Under the pieces are notes generated by a model. It was not told the origin of the DNA. It was given only the letters and a program-made list of their open reading frames with translations, and made no database searches. The position numbers were made by a program, and so were the translations under genes. Shown piece after piece: positions 14,827 through 15,628 of a stretch of DNA of 15,628 nucleotides. Each line of letters starts with the position of its first letter. Position 1 is the stretch's first letter. Source of the DNA: Armatimonadota bacterium (GTDB taxonomy: Bacteria; Sysuimicrobiota; Sysuimicrobiia; Sysuimicrobiales; Humicultoraceae); assembly GCA_052386995.1 (NCBI GenBank), contig JBQTJP010000008.1, forward strand, positions 1 through 15,628, read 5' to 3'.

Positions 14827-15628
14827 ATGGCGGTCCGGCTCACCGAGGAACAGGAGCTCATCCGGGGCGCGGTGCGCAGGCTCTGCGAGCAGTTCCCTGA
14901 TGCCTACTGGCGTGAGCTCGATAGAACCCAGGGCTATCCTACCGAGTTCGTCGCCGCCCTGACGCGCGCGGGATGGCTGGCGATCTTGATCCCCCAGGAA
15001 TACGGAGGGGCGGGCCTGGGGGTCACCGAAGCCTCGCTGGTCCTCGAGGAGATCAACCGCTCCGGCGGCAACGCTGCCGCCTGCCACGCCCAGATGTACA
15101 TCATGGGGACGCTGTTGCGGCACGGGAGCGAGGAACAGAAGCGGCAGTATCTTCCTAAACTTGCCTCCGGTGAGCTGCGCCTTCAGGCCTTCGGTGTGAC
15201 CGAGCCGACGGCCGGCTCGGAGACCACGCGGATCCAGACGACCGCGGTCCGCAGGGGAGACCGCTATGTCGTCAACGGCCAGAAGATCTTCATCTCGCGC
15301 GCTGAGCACTCGGACCTGATGCTGCTGCTGGCGCGCACCACTCCGTACGAGCAGCTCACCGACAAGACCTGCGGCCTCTCGGTGTTTCTGGTCGATCTCC
15401 GCGCGGCGGTTGCCGAAGGCGCCGTTCAGATCCGCCCCATCCGCACGATGCTCAACCACCACACCACCGAGCTCTTCATCACCAACCTCGAAGTACCGGC
15501 CGAGAACCTGGTCGGCGAGGAGGGGATGGGGTTTCGCTACATCATCGATGGATGGAACGCGGAACGCATCCTGATCGCCGCCGAGAGCATCGGCGACGCC
15601 CGCTGGTTTGTCGATCGGGCGGCTCGTT
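14827..15628 (+). CDS. Acyl-CoA dehydrogenase family protein, 3' end outside the window (missing from the ORF track)
   Basis: ATG 14827 after GGAGG (14811-14815): MAVRLTEEQELIR...IPQEYGGAG...GSEEQKRQYLPKLASGE...FGVTEPTAGS...YVVNGQKIFIS...NLVGEEGMGF...NAERILIAA. Open to the window end. Confidence 0.93.
   Translation, partial: MAVRLTEEQELIRGAVRRLCEQFPDAYWRELDRTQGYPTEFVAALTRAGWLAILIPQEYGGAGLGVTEASLVLEEINRSGGNAAACHAQMYIMGTLLRHGSEEQKRQYLPKLASGELRLQAFGVTEPTAGSETTRIQTTAVRRGDRYVVNGQKIFISRAEHSDLMLLLARTTPYEQLTDKTCGLSVFLVDLRAAVAEGAVQIRPIRTMLNHHTTELFITNLEVPAENLVGEEGMGFRYIIDGWNAERILIAAESIGDARWFVDRAAR

Noticed and set aside
14647..15462. 271-aa minus-strand ORF
   Set aside because: Antisense shadow of the acyl-CoA dehydrogenase, which has clear family motifs on the + strand.

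Overview
GC-rich bacterial window. The left end (1-4326) is an intact branched-chain amino acid (Liv/HAAT-type) ABC transporter operon. The right end (14827 onward) is the start of an acyl-CoA dehydrogenase that runs off the window. Between them lies about 10.5 kb of mosaic, partly decayed accessory DNA. It contains a secreted six-repeat NHL beta-propeller, a broken RES/Xre-type toxin-antitoxin pair fused to an M24-peptidase-like N-terminus, a phosphotriesterase-family hydrolase, a Dpp/Opp-type ABC operon without ATPase genes followed by a beta-lactamase-family serine hydrolase, and a truncated class III cyclase-STAND ATPase. The main non-coding signal is an aberrant tRNA-Leu-like gene (14691-14776, minus strand). 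Its 3' end (TGGTGCCGGGAG on the plus strand) occurs four times in direct orientation, at 5039, 6240, 14691 and 14803. All four copies are preceded by GGTRRA-NN, and three also have CTAG exactly 10 nt further out. These look like att-type recombination sites that divide the region into cassettes, but no integrase is visible in the window. All product calls come from motif recognition by eye; no database search was run.
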